Numbered from the stretch's first letter, positions 9,630 through 19,129 are shown. The stretch is 64,000 nt of DNA from Thermoplasmatales archaeon SW_10_69_26 (GCA_003009755.1 PXUB01000042.1:32730-96729); one strand, 5' to 3'. Made by a program: numbers and translations. The notes: a model not told the origin generated them from the letters alone.

Positions 9630-10334
9630 ATGCCGCACCAGTGCCTGAACTGCGGGGATGCATTCGAGGAAGGCTCCACCGACCTCCTCGAGGGGTGTCC
9701 CTCCTGCGAGGGGACCCGGTTCTTCTACACCGAGGAACCGCTCGAAGAGGACGAGCGCGAGGAGCTTCAGGAGGACACCGACGACGACGTCGAGTCGATG
9801 CTCCAGGACATCGTCGACGAGGAGGATCAGCCCGATCTCGCCGAGGATATCTGGAGTCGCGAAGCCTGGGAGCAGTGGATCCGAGACAAGGCCAGCTCCA
9901 AGGCCGACGCCGACGACACCGACGTCTCCTTCGAGGAGATCGCCGACGCCGTCAAGCAACGCGACGAGGGCCCCAGCACGGCCCCCGAAGCCGGTCCGCC
10001 CGGCGGCGAACCGGACACGCACGGCTTCGAGACGGCCGACCCCGAGGCGTCCTCAAAGGAAGCCGACCCGGTGCAGGTCGAGCTCGGCGACGTGCAGGAG
10101 ACGACGCCGCCGACCGGCGAGGCCGAGGACCCGCCCGAGCAGGAAGCCGCGCGGGAGGCCCTGCAGCCGGCGCCCCAGCCCGGCGACGACGGGCGCCCCT
10201 CCACGCTGAACATCAACGACCCGGGCGAGTACGAGATCGACGTCCGGCGCCTGCTCGAGGACAGCCCGGTCATCGTGGAACGCGACGGCTCCTACGTGAT
10301 CCACCTGCCGAGCGTGTTCGACCGCGAGCAGTAG
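9630..10334 (+). CDS. oapC: OapC zinc-ribbon protein (DUF2072 family)
   Basis: MPHQCLNCG...GCPSCEG..FFY; C-terminal PGEYEID...DGSYVI; synteny. Confidence 0.88.
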   Translation: MPHQCLNCGDAFEEGSTDLLEGCPSCEGTRFFYTEEPLEEDEREELQEDTDDDVESMLQDIVDEEDQPDLAEDIWSREAWEQWIRDKASSKADADDTDVSFEEIADAVKQRDEGPSTAPEAGPPGGEPDTHGFETADPEASSKEADPVQVELGDVQETTPPTGEAEDPPEQEAAREALQPAPQPGDDGRPSTLNINDPGEYEIDVRRLLEDSPVIVERDGSYVIHLPSVFDREQ

Positions 10335-10341
10335 CCGACGG

Positions 10342-10548
10342 CTACCACCGCGTCACGAGGATCGTATCCTCGTCGCCGACCGGCGTCAGGTCGCCCTCCA
10401 GCCGCTGTGCATCCACGCCGTCGACGAACACCCGCAGCTCGTCGTCCTCGAGATCACCGAACTCGTCGAGGGCCTCGCCGAGCGTGCGGGCCTCCACGTC
10501 GGTCGGATCAACCCCGAGCTCGCTGCCGAAAACGATCCGAACCATCAT
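10342..10548 (-). CDS. Small beta-grasp (MoaD/ThiS/SAMP-like) protein lacking C-terminal Gly-Gly
   Basis: VEARTLGEALDE...LRVFVDG..A..LEG..TPVGDED.I; ends VTRW; downstream of the E1 gene. Confidence 0.65.
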   Translation of the reverse strand: MMVRIVFGSELGVDPTDVEARTLGEALDEFGDLEDDELRVFVDGVDAQRLEGDLTPVGDEDTILVTRW

Positions 10549-10702
10549 CCCCTCTAGGCTGGCCAGGGGCCATAAACGTCCGTCCGGACGCTCGCGCTGG
10601 GATCGAGGCCTCTTGCTCGAGGGCCGACCCTCGACGGAGCCGGGGGAACCGCTGGACCCTGGACGTAGCGGCTCCGAGGCCGTCGACGAGCGCCCTCGCG
10701 CG

Positions 10703-12070
10703 TCAGTAGGCTTGCTTGTCGGTCGCGATCTGTTGAACCCAGGCGTCCGTGCCGCCTTGCAGGTTGAAGGCGTTGAGCCCCACCGAACGCAAGAGCTCGG
10801 TCGCCTTCGCCGACCGGCCACCGGACTTGCAGTACACGACGACGTCCTTCTCGGCCGGCAGCTGGGACACCTCGTCCGGCAGATCGTCGAGCGGGATGTG
10901 CTCGCTGCCGTCGATCTTGACGATGTCGCGCTCCCAGTCCTCGCGAACGTCGAGCACGTGCAGCCCCTCCTCGCCGAGGCGGTCGGCCAGCTGTTGGACG
11001 GTGAGCTCGGCGCTCTCGTCCTCCTCTTGGGTGATCCCGCAGAACGCCTGGTAGTCGACGAGCTCGGTGACCTCGGGATCGTCGCCGCACACCGGGCACT
11101 CGGGGTCGGCGTTGATGTCGACCTCGTCGAAGGATCCCTCCATCGCGTTGTAGAGCACCAACCGGCCGGTCAGGGGCTCGCCCTCGTCGAGCAACAGCTT
11201 GACGGCTTCTGTGGCTTGCAGCACGCCCAACGTGCCCGGCAGGACACCCAGGACGCCGCCTTCGGCGCAGTTGGGGACCAGGCCCGGCGGAGGCGGCTCG
11301 GGGTACAGGCATCGATAACAGGGTCCTTCGTCGGCCCAGAAGACGCTGGCCTGCCCCTCGAAGCGGAAGATCGACGCGTGCACGTTGGGTTTGTCGAGGA
11401 GCACGCAGGCGTCGTTGGTCAGGTAGCGCGTGGGGAAGTTGTCGGTCCCGTCGAGTACGACGTCGTAGTCTTCGAGGATCGCCAGCGCGTTGTCGTTGGT
11501 CAACCGCGTGTCGTAGGTCTCGATCTCGATGTGCGGGTTCAGCCCCTCGAGCCGTTCCTTGGCGACCTCGACCTTCTTGCGGCCCTCGTCCTCGTAGTCG
11601 TAGAGGATCTGTCGGTGGAGGTTGCTGGCGTTGACGACGTCTGGATCGACGATCCCGATCCGACCGACCCCGGCCGCAGCCAAGTACAAGAGCGTGGGCG
11701 CACCCAGGCCGCCGGCACCGACCACGATCGCCGAGGAGCTTTTGAGCTCCTGCTGACCCTCCCGCCCGACCTGGGGCAGGATGAGGTGGCGCCCGTAGAA
11801 GCGCAGCTCCTCTTGGGACAGGTTCGGCAGGTGGTTAGGGTTGGTCGGGTCGCCGCCGGCGACGGCGGGGAGGACGAGCACCTCGTCGTCCTCGTCGAGC
11901 CCCGTGTCGGGACCCTCGAGCTCCCGCACGTTCGTCCCGTTCTTGAAGAAGTTGACGAACCGGTTGAGGTCCCCGTCGTCGTCCACGAGGTGCTTCTCGA
12001 GGCCGGGGTAGGCTTCGGCGTTGTCGTCCGTCTCCGAACGGAGGGGGGCAGGGATCTTGACCGTGACCAT
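10703..12070 (-). CDS. moeB: Ubl (CysO/MoaD-like) - E1 adenylyltransferase (MoeB/MoeZ) - rhodanese fusion
   Basis: N-terminal Ubl ending LPAVAGG; Y.RHLILP, GAGGLG, SNLHRQ, DGTDNF, CYRC...CPVC; rhodanese VYCKSGGRS. Confidence 0.92.
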   Translation of the reverse strand: MVTVKIPAPLRSETDDNAEAYPGLEKHLVDDDGDLNRFVNFFKNGTNVRELEGPDTGLDEDDEVLVLPAVAGGDPTNPNHLPNLSQEELRFYGRHLILPQVGREGQQELKSSSAIVVGAGGLGAPTLLYLAAAGVGRIGIVDPDVVNASNLHRQILYDYEDEGRKKVEVAKERLEGLNPHIEIETYDTRLTNDNALAILEDYDVVLDGTDNFPTRYLTNDACVLLDKPNVHASIFRFEGQASVFWADEGPCYRCLYPEPPPPGLVPNCAEGGVLGVLPGTLGVLQATEAVKLLLDEGEPLTGRLVLYNAMEGSFDEVDINADPECPVCGDDPEVTELVDYQAFCGITQEEDESAELTVQQLADRLGEEGLHVLDVREDWERDIVKIDGSEHIPLDDLPDEVSQLPAEKDVVVYCKSGGRSAKATELLRSVGLNAFNLQGGTDAWVQQIATDKQAY

Positions 12071-12123
12071 CGCGTAGCGATGGCGAGGTCGTGTTATTCA
12101 AAGTTGGGCTGAAGGCAAGACCC

Positions 12124-12537
12124 TCAGGCCTCCAGGTCCACGCGCACGGGGACCTCGTCGAACCCCTCGCCGTTCCACACGCCTCCGAGGAACCGCAACG
12201 GAGCCAGCGAAGCCAACAGGTACGTCTTACCGGCCCAGCTTCCCCGTCCGACGTCGGTCTCCGAGAAGGCGGCATAGCCCCGCGGGTGGGAGTGGTAGAA
12301 GCCGACGATCTCGACCGCCGACCCGTCGGTCCGCTCCACAGCCTCGTACAACAGCTCGGGATCGATCTCGTACTCGGTGCGCGGGTTCTCGTGCACGTTC
12401 TCGGACCGCAGGGCCTCGGTCGCCTGCTCCTCGTTGGGCCCGATCAAGATCCCGCAGCACTCGTGGGGGGCCGCCTCGAGCCCGTGCTCGAACACCTCGT
12501 GGGCCACGCGCGGGGCCAGCTCGAGGACCTTGGTCAC
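12124..12537 (-). CDS. JAB/MPN+ metalloprotease (Mec/desampylase family)
   Basis: PHECCG, GFYHSHP...FSETD; GTG start overlaps the cysteine synthase stop (GTGA). Confidence 0.9.
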   Translation of the reverse strand: MTKVLELAPRVAHEVFEHGLEAAPHECCGILIGPNEEQATEALRSENVHENPRTEYEIDPELLYEAVERTDGSAVEIVGFYHSHPRGYAAFSETDVGRGSWAGKTYLLASLAPLRFLGGVWNGEGFDEVPVRVDLEA

Positions 12538-13469
12538 GACGAGCCCTCCTGGTCGATCGTCTCGCGGACCCGGTCGGCGTACAGCGTCGAGCGGTAGCGG
12601 TCGAACCCGTCGGGCAGGATCGTCGCCACCCTCGCATCTGGGGTCTCTTGGGCGATGGATCGGATGCCGGCCAGGGCTGCGCCGGCCGAGGGGCCCAGCG
12701 CCAGTCCCAGCTCGGTGAGGAACTCGGCGCCGGCCTGCCAGGCGTCCTCGGTGTCGACGACGCGCACCTCGTCGATCACCGACCGATCGAGGATGGCGGG
12801 CGTCTTGTTCGTCTCCAGGTGCTTCCAGCCCTCCATGCCGTGCAGGGGGCCGGCCGGTTGCAGACCGACGATCTCGATCTCGGGCACGGCCTTGCGCAGG
12901 TGGCGGGCCGTGCCGGTGATCGTGCCGCCGGTCCCGATCCCGGCCACGAAGTGCGTCAGCTGATCGGCCTGGTCGACGATCTCGGGCCCGGTCGTCTGCT
13001 CGTGGGCCCGCGGGTTGGCCGGGTTCGCGTACTGGTCGACGTAGACGACCTCCTCGCCCCGGCGCTGGGCGTGGTCGGTGCAGCGCTCGATCGCGCCGTC
13101 CTGGCCCTCGCCGGGCGGCGTCAAGGTGACCTCGGCCCCGTAGAGGGCGAACAGCCGTTTGCGCTCGTCGCTGGCGTTCTCCGGCATGAACAGGTGCACG
13201 TCGAACCCGAGCGCGCGCCCGAGCACGGCGTACGCGATGCCGGTGTTGCCGCTGGTGGCGTCCACGAGCGTGCCACCGGCCGACAGCTCGTCCCAGGCGT
13301 CCCGCACCATGGCCAGCGCCGGCCGATCCTTGACCGAGCCGCCCGGGTTGCGCGCCTCGAGCTTGCCGAACGCCCGAGCCCTGGAACCCAACAGCTGGGA
13401 GAGGTCGACGAGGGGCGTGTCGCCGATCAGCCGGACCAGCGAGGCATCGTCGGGGAAGCCTGGGGCCAC
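12534..13469 (-). CDS. cysM: PLP-dependent cysteine synthase (CysM-like)
   Basis: IGDTPL, NPGGSVKDR, ATSGNTG, QYANPAN, GIGTGGT. Confidence 0.9.
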   Translation of the reverse strand: MAPGFPDDASLVRLIGDTPLVDLSQLLGSRARAFGKLEARNPGGSVKDRPALAMVRDAWDELSAGGTLVDATSGNTGIAYAVLGRALGFDVHLFMPENASDERKRLFALYGAEVTLTPPGEGQDGAIERCTDHAQRRGEEVVYVDQYANPANPRAHEQTTGPEIVDQADQLTHFVAGIGTGGTITGTARHLRKAVPEIEIVGLQPAGPLHGMEGWKHLETNKTPAILDRSVIDEVRVVDTEDAWQAGAEFLTELGLALGPSAGAALAGIRSIAQETPDARVATILPDGFDRYRSTLYADRVRETIDQEGSS

Positions 13470-13585
13470 ACGCCCAGGGACCGGCAGGCCGCACGTCAGG
13501 GTTTCGGTCGCGGTAACCCGGTGAGGCCGGACGCTGAAACACGTTCACCGCAACGTTCAACCGGACGCCGGACCGATGGCCCCTC

Positions 13586-15256
13586 GTGGAGCGAGGCTGG
13601 GTTTCGGCCGTGCTCGCCGCGGCCCTGTTGGCCCTCACGCCGCCCGCGGGAGCCCAGACCCAGCCGGAGGCGGACCTGGACGCCGTGCGGATCGGCGCGC
13701 CTGTCTCCCCGGTCGAGGGCGTCGAGGTCGCCGTGAACGCGAGCGTCTCGTGCGAGGGCTGGGGGGAGGCCGGCGAGCGGACCCTCGCGGTCTTCGCCAC
13801 GGACTCCCCGGGGCCCGAGCAACGCCTCCGCGTCGAGCCGCGCGTCATCGAGCTGGAAGCCGGGCCCGACGAGTGCCGATCCGGCCAGCAACTGAACGCG
13901 TCGACGACGCTGACCGTGAGGCCCACGCGCGAGGCACACGCCGGCGTCGGAGTCGCCACGGACATCCAGATGCGATTGGAGGAGCGCACCGACGGCGAGG
14001 TCGTGCGCGAACACGGCCCCTGGTCGACGCCGGTCGCCTACGTGACCGGGCTGTGGGCGGAGGTCGAGGTCCAGCCGATCGACGATCGCATCCATCTCGG
14101 CTGGGACGAGCAACGCCACACGGAGCTCCGCCTGGCGGTCGAAGCCAACGGGGCCGTGGAGCGCGGCATCGAGGCTACCTCCCCGGAGGGCCTGGCCGTC
14201 AGGGTGGTCACGCCCGATCGAGGGATCGAGCCCGGGACCTCGCGGAAAGCCACGCTCAGCCTCGACGACGCGCGATCGGCGCCCGCGGGCGAGCGCACCT
14301 CGAACGTCTCCGTCCGGGTCGACGTCCGCGCCGACGGGATGAGCCATGGGTCTGCCCCGACCGCGACGGCGACGACCTCGTTCACCGTCGCCCAAGAGGG
14401 CTGGGAGGAGACCGGGCAGGCGGCCGGTTGGGGGCTCGTCGTGGTCGCCGGCCTCGGCTTCGCCGGGCTCGTCTACCGCCAGCGTCGCCGAGCGAAAGGG
14501 TCTCCGGCGGTTCCACCAGGCCCGAGCGAGCAGGACACGCGTGTGGCCGGCCAGGCCCCCCAGCAACGCCGGACTCTCGTCACCTGGCTGACGGTGCTCG
14601 GGCTCGTGGCGATCGTCTGGGGCACCGCCGAGGGGGCATGGCTCGTCGCCGCCGGCGTGCTCGCCTGGCTCGTCGCTGCATGGCTGGCCGGCGACGGTCG
14701 CCTTCCCGCCCTGATAAGGGACGGCTTGTCCGCCGTCGATCCCGACCGGGCCGGTGCCGCCGCGATCGCCCTCGCGCTGGCTGCCCTCGGGCTCCTCGTC
14801 GTCCACGAGGCGTTCGTGGCGCTGGTCGCGTTCCTGCTCGTCGCCGGCGCGTGGTCGTCGAGCCGCAGGGACCTGCCGGACTGGGTAAGCCAAGCGGTGC
14901 TCGCGGTCGGCGGCTTCGCCGTGCTCGTCCCCCTCCTAGCGCAGGAGCTCACGCTCGGCGTGCTGGGCGCCCTCGCCCGCGTGCCGGTCAACGGGCCGGC
15001 AGCCGTCGGTCTCGGCCTCGGCGGCCCGTTCCTCGTGGCGTTCGCGGTCCTGGCGGCGCGCTGCCGGGGCTGGCGACGAGCCGCGGCTCTGTCGGGGTTC
15101 GCGTTCGTGCTCGTCCAGGTGCCCGCGCCCGGGTTGCTCCTGGATCAGCGCCTCGATCTCGGGGCCGCCATCGTGGCAGGCGAGGTGGTCGTCTTGACCG
15201 GGCTGCTCGCCGCCGCCCTGCCGGGCCTTCACGCGTTGCTCGCCGAGCGGGACTAG
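13586..15256 (+). CDS. Hypothetical membrane protein: signal peptide, extracellular beta domain, multiple C-terminal TM helices
   Basis: Signal peptide ending AGA-Q; hydrophilic beta-rich N-half; many hydrophobic segments. Confidence 0.7.
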   Translation: MERGWVSAVLAAALLALTPPAGAQTQPEADLDAVRIGAPVSPVEGVEVAVNASVSCEGWGEAGERTLAVFATDSPGPEQRLRVEPRVIELEAGPDECRSGQQLNASTTLTVRPTREAHAGVGVATDIQMRLEERTDGEVVREHGPWSTPVAYVTGLWAEVEVQPIDDRIHLGWDEQRHTELRLAVEANGAVERGIEATSPEGLAVRVVTPDRGIEPGTSRKATLSLDDARSAPAGERTSNVSVRVDVRADGMSHGSAPTATATTSFTVAQEGWEETGQAAGWGLVVVAGLGFAGLVYRQRRRAKGSPAVPPGPSEQDTRVAGQAPQQRRTLVTWLTVLGLVAIVWGTAEGAWLVAAGVLAWLVAAWLAGDGRLPALIRDGLSAVDPDRAGAAAIALALAALGLLVVHEAFVALVAFLLVAGAWSSSRRDLPDWVSQAVLAVGGFAVLVPLLAQELTLGVLGALARVPVNGPAAVGLGLGGPFLVAFAVLAARCRGWRRAAALSGFAFVLVQVPAPGLLLDQRLDLGAAIVAGEVVVLTGLLAAALPGLHALLAERD

Positions 15257-16167
15257 GCCGTCGCCTTGGCTGCGAACCCGTTTTGACCGCTGCGCAGGAT
15301 CTCGACGTACTCCTCGATGTGCGGGCCGCGGTTCTTGAACCGCTGGATGACCTCGTCCCAGTCGGGGTCGTAGCCGATGTACCATCCGCCGCGCTCGTCC
15401 TCGTCGGCGTGGGCGTCGACCTCGAGACCCAGGTCCTCGAGCTTCGGGATGACCTGGTCGTACCACTCGTACCGCATCTCGTCGTTCGTCATCGAGCGCA
15501 GGCCGAAGTCGATGATGTCCTGCACGTGCGTGGACTGGCGGTTCTCGGGCCCGAACCACTCGACGCCGTGGGGCCACATGCGGTCGACGGCGTCCTGCAG
15601 CATCTGCTTGGTCTTCTCGTTCCCGTTGGCCAGGCGCTTCATCCAGACGTCGCCGTGGCGTTGGTGGAACCGCTCCTCGACGTCGACCTTCTTCAGCGCT
15701 CGCCGCCAGGGACCATAGGAGCAGTGCTCGCTGATGTCGCCCAGCTGCACGGCGCCGGCCCGGTCGAAGAGGGCGTTGGCGACGGCCAGCTCGGCCCAGT
15801 TGTGGAGCCGGTAGTCGAAGAAGTGCATGTTCTTGTACTCGTGGGGCTCCCGCTCGTACACGAGCTCGTGCTTGTCCTCGCCCAGATCCTCGAGCAGCCG
15901 GTACATGATGTTGGCGTGCCCGGCCTCGTCCTGGACGATGGCCGAGGCCGAGATCCGCGTGTCCAGCGTGGGCGCCGTGTTGGCGACCGGCTGGTAGCAC
16001 AGGACGGACATGAGCTCGGTGTCGGCCTGGACCAGCATGAGCCGTTTCAGCGACTCGAGGTAGCCGGGGCTCATCTCCTCGACGGACTCGATCGTCTCCC
16101 CGTTGGCGACGGCGGTCTTGACCTCCTCGTCGCTGCGCTGGGGCTTGGGCGGCTCCTCGGCCATCAT
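15253..16167 (-). CDS. PaaA-like diiron ring-epoxidase subunit
   Basis: ADTE, APTL, QDEAGH, LFD, SYGPW, EERFH and D.MWP ferritin-like diiron motifs; ATG at 16167/16164. Confidence 0.85.
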   Translation of the reverse strand: MMAEEPPKPQRSDEEVKTAVANGETIESVEEMSPGYLESLKRLMLVQADTELMSVLCYQPVANTAPTLDTRISASAIVQDEAGHANIMYRLLEDLGEDKHELVYEREPHEYKNMHFFDYRLHNWAELAVANALFDRAGAVQLGDISEHCSYGPWRRALKKVDVEERFHQRHGDVWMKRLANGNEKTKQMLQDAVDRMWPHGVEWFGPENRQSTHVQDIIDFGLRSMTNDEMRYEWYDQVIPKLEDLGLEVDAHADEDERGGWYIGYDPDWDEVIQRFKNRGPHIEEYVEILRSGQNGFAAKATA

Positions 16168-16202
16168 GAGACTATTGCACGTCCCAGAGAAAAGGGTTGT
16201 CG

Positions 16203-16568
16203 TCAACGGCCGCCGGTGTCGGGGAGCCGAGAGGCGCGTGCTTCCTCGATGAGGTCCTCGATGCTGGGCTTGGCCGCCTGCTCGTCCCCCGATCGGGTCG
16301 CCTCGGGGGGACCCTCGCGGTCGGCGGGCCGTCTGTCCGCCGCGACGGGCTCGGCGGTCAGCTCGAGCCTGCGCGCGAGCAGACCTGTGCCCAGCCCGGG
16401 CCCGCGTTGCACCTCGAACCCGAGCACGCGCTGGTGGCAGATCGTCCAACAGAACCGCTGCAAGGGCAACCGCACCAGCTCGCCGCTGTCCTCGTAGGTC
16501 GGCCCCTCGCGGTCGAGGGGGTCGGCGTCGCTGGCGGTCCCGCCGAGGTCGATCTCGCAGGTCCCCAT
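16203..16568 (-). CDS. Hypothetical protein
   Basis: ATG-started ORF filling the gap upstream of the PaaA-like gene; no recognised motif. Confidence 0.4.
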   Translation of the reverse strand: MGTCEIDLGGTASDADPLDREGPTYEDSGELVRLPLQRFCWTICHQRVLGFEVQRGPGLGTGLLARRLELTAEPVAADRRPADREGPPEATRSGDEQAAKPSIEDLIEEARASRLPDTGGR

Positions 16569-16803
16569 CGTCAACCAGTCCAGCGACCGCACCTGGCCAG
16601 AGAAGAACAGACCCCCCCATGTGGCAGCGATCTCGACGGGGGCACTCACGCCGGCCAGGCCCTCACGCGGGCGCACGAGCCGGTGTCCACCGCGCGGTGG
16701 GCCGTGAGACTTCGCGTTGGGGACCGTTGGTCCTGTTCGCCTCCGACCCGAGGCCACGAGGCGACGGTGAGGCTTATGAACACCGGTCGGCTTGGCCTGC
16801 CCG

Positions 16804-17082
16804 ATGCCCGAGCGACACGAGGTCCGTTTCGAGAACGAGGACCTCACGATCGAGGTCGCCGAGGACGAGTACGTCCTGTCGAAGGCCGAGGAGGCCGGCC
16901 TCGACCTCCCCTACTCGTGCCGGATGGGCACCTGCTCGGTGTGCGCCGCCCGCGTCGAGGGCGATGTCGACCAGAGCGAGGGCATGATCCTCACCGAGGG
17001 CGAGAAGGAGGACGGCTACGTGCTGCTGTGCATCGCCGAGCCGCGCAGCGAGCTGTCGGTCGACACCGACGACGTGCCCTGA
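16804..17082 (+). CDS. [2Fe-2S] ferredoxin
   Basis: LPYSCRMGTCSVC...VLLC; TATA-like CTTATG about 30 nt upstream. Confidence 0.92.
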   Translation: MPERHEVRFENEDLTIEVAEDEYVLSKAEEAGLDLPYSCRMGTCSVCAARVEGDVDQSEGMILTEGEKEDGYVLLCIAEPRSELSVDTDDVP

Positions 17083-17089
17083 GGGCCAC

Positions 17090-17368
17090 TCAGCCGACGA
17101 CGCCAGTCGCGGCGACCAGGTAGACGACGTCGAACACGGCGCCGATCGTCCATCCCCAGCGCTGGCGCGACCTGATGCCGACCGCGCCCACGATCATCAT
17201 CGCGCCCGCTGTCAGAGAGAACCCACGCCCGAGGGCAGCCCCGGCCTCGGTGGGCGCGAACATCGCGACCAGCCCGACCAGCCCCTGAAGGAAGGCGAAA
17301 AGGTTCGTGACGAGCAACCGCGGCTCGTCGCTCTCCTCCGCCGTGGTCCCGTGCGTCTTCGTCGCCAT
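17090..17368 (-). CDS. Small membrane protein
   Basis: Three hydrophobic helices; ATG at 17368. Confidence 0.6.
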   Translation of the reverse strand: MATKTHGTTAEESDEPRLLVTNLFAFLQGLVGLVAMFAPTEAGAALGRGFSLTAGAMMIVGAVGIRSRQRWGWTIGAVFDVVYLVAATGVVG

Positions 17369-17427
17369 CGCTGGCGGATGCGCAACCGGGCCCTTCAAGC
17401 CCCGTCTTCCTCGCTGGGTCCGACCGC

Positions 17428-17748
17428 TCACACCGTGACGCCGGCGGTCCGCAGGACGTCGCGGGCCTCCTCGCTCATGCGGTCGGTCGTCCAGGGCGGA
17501 TCCCAGACGGTGTTGATCGTGACGCTGCCGACGCCGTCGACGGCCGCCACCGCTTCGCGCACGTCGTGTTTGAGGAAGTCCATCGCCGGGCACCCCATCG
17601 CGGTGAACGTCATGTCGATCTCGACCTGGGCCGGCTCGGCCTCGGAGACCTCGATCGCGTAAATCAGGCCCATGTCGACGATCGACACCGGCAGCTCGGG
17701 GTCGTCCACCTGCTTGAGGGCGTCCCGCACGGTCGACTCGTCGACCAC
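17428..17748 (-). CDS. Metal-sulfur cluster assembly factor (DUF59, SufT/PaaD-like)
   Basis: DPELPVSIVDMGLIY, TAMGCPA, VWDPPWT. Confidence 0.9.
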   Translation of the reverse strand: MVDESTVRDALKQVDDPELPVSIVDMGLIYAIEVSEAEPAQVEIDMTFTAMGCPAMDFLKHDVREAVAAVDGVGSVTINTVWDPPWTTDRMSEEARDVLRTAGVTV

Positions 17749-17809
17749 ACGTATGCAGACGCGGACCCCATAGAAGGGGCTTTCGCCGGTTCCCCTACGC
17801 GGCCGAGCC

Positions 17810-18415
17810 TCAGCCCTCGTCCCCGTCGTCGAGCTTCGACAGGAAGTACCGGTGAACCCGGGGATCTGGGCTGAGCTCCGGGTGGAAGCTCAACGCGAGC
17901 ACGCTGCCCTGCTCGACGCCGACGATCGATCCATCGTCCAGGCGGGCCCACGGCTCGGCTCGGCCCCACGTGTCGGCGAAGGCGGGAGCGCGGATGAACA
18001 CCGCCGGGAACGGCTCCCCACCCAGTGCAGGGCAGGCGAGCTCGGTCTCGAAGCTCTCGCGCTGCCGCCCGAACGCGTTGCGTTCGATCGAGGCATCCAG
18101 TGCGCCCAACAGCTCGGTGTCGGTGGTCTCGACCTCCTCGTCGCCCTCGCTGGCGAGCAGGATGGCGCCCGCGCAGGTCGCCATCGTCGGCGCTCCCTCC
18201 GCGATGCGCCGAGCCAACGGCTCCCGCAGGTCCCCGGCGTCGAGCAGCTTCTCGATCGTCGTCGATTCGCCGCCGGGCAACACGAACCCGTCCACGTCCG
18301 CCAGCTGCTCGCGGCGACGGACCTGCACGACCTCACCATCGCTCACGAGACGATCGAGCACGCGCTCGTGCTCCTCGAAGGCACCTTGCACGGCCAGGAC
18401 GCCGATCCGGACCAC
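17810..18415 (-). CDS. pdxT: Pyridoxal 5'-phosphate synthase glutaminase subunit
   Basis: GVLAVQGAF.EH, PGGEST, TCAG, RNAFGRQ, FIRAP, SFHPE. Confidence 0.95.
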   Translation of the reverse strand: MVRIGVLAVQGAFEEHERVLDRLVSDGEVVQVRRREQLADVDGFVLPGGESTTIEKLLDAGDLREPLARRIAEGAPTMATCAGAILLASEGDEEVETTDTELLGALDASIERNAFGRQRESFETELACPALGGEPFPAVFIRAPAFADTWGRAEPWARLDDGSIVGVEQGSVLALSFHPELSPDPRVHRYFLSKLDDGDEG

Positions 18416-18535
18416 GCCCCTGCACCCCGAGAGGCCGGGAAAAGCCTTGCGCGGGCTCCCCCTAGGCCGGTCTTACCCCACGCCGGTGACAGACACGGTT
18501 TGACAAGCCACCAAGCGGACTTACCCCTTGGCGCC

Positions 18536-19129
18536 ATGCGTAGGCTCTTCATCCTGTTCCTCGCCCTCGGGTTGATCGCCGGCGTGCCCACAGCGGCCGC
18601 CGACGGACTGACCTCCGATTGCGAGACCTTCCGCGCCGCCTCGATCCCCATCCTGCATCCGGCGTTGAACGCCGGCACCGTGCAGTTGTGCGACGAGGAC
18701 GACGATGGCGCCTTCGACACCGTCGCCTTCGAGACCCGGTACGTCCAGACCGAGGGCGTCGTCTCCGTGACCGACGAGGACAAGCAACGCCGCGACGGGC
18801 AAGACCGCGACACGAGGGCGCGGACGCTGATCGAGCCCAGCGTGCCCGGCGAGGCCGTCCTCTATCAGGACGTCCAAGCCAGCGACGACGGCAACGACGC
18901 CCAGTTCGACCGGACCGAGGCCGAGGGCGGCGTCAACACGCACCTGGGCGGACCCGGCTATTTCCTGTCCGCCAGCGACGACAACGGCAACGGTGTCCCG
19001 CAAAGCTACACCGTCCTCGTCTGCCCGGCGATCGCTTGCGTGGGACCCTCCGACGTCCCCCAGATCCCCGGCCGCATCGACCTGCCCGACACGATCGTCG
19101 ACCTGCCGGTCGTCGGGTACGTCCCCTGA
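18536..19129 (+). CDS. Secreted hypothetical protein
   Basis: Signal peptide MRRLFILFLALGLIAGVPTAAA; acidic, DxDxDG-like loops. Confidence 0.7.
   Translation: MRRLFILFLALGLIAGVPTAAADGLTSDCETFRAASIPILHPALNAGTVQLCDEDDDGAFDTVAFETRYVQTEGVVSVTDEDKQRRDGQDRDTRARTLIEPSVPGEAVLYQDVQASDDGNDAQFDRTEAEGGVNTHLGGPGYFLSASDDNGNGVPQSYTVLVCPAIACVGPSDVPQIPGRIDLPDTIVDLPVVGYVP

Noticed and set aside
10342-12537. E1/JAB/Ubl genes as an antiphage ubiquitin-like conjugation system
   Set aside because: No E2 or CD-NTase; the rhodanese domain and coupling to cysteine synthase point to sulfur transfer
9641-16497. Long Arg/Pro-rich alternative-frame ORFs (823, 621, 973 aa)
   Set aside because: Overlap well-supported genes; only the last 137 aa of the 621-aa ORF (JAB domain) is credible
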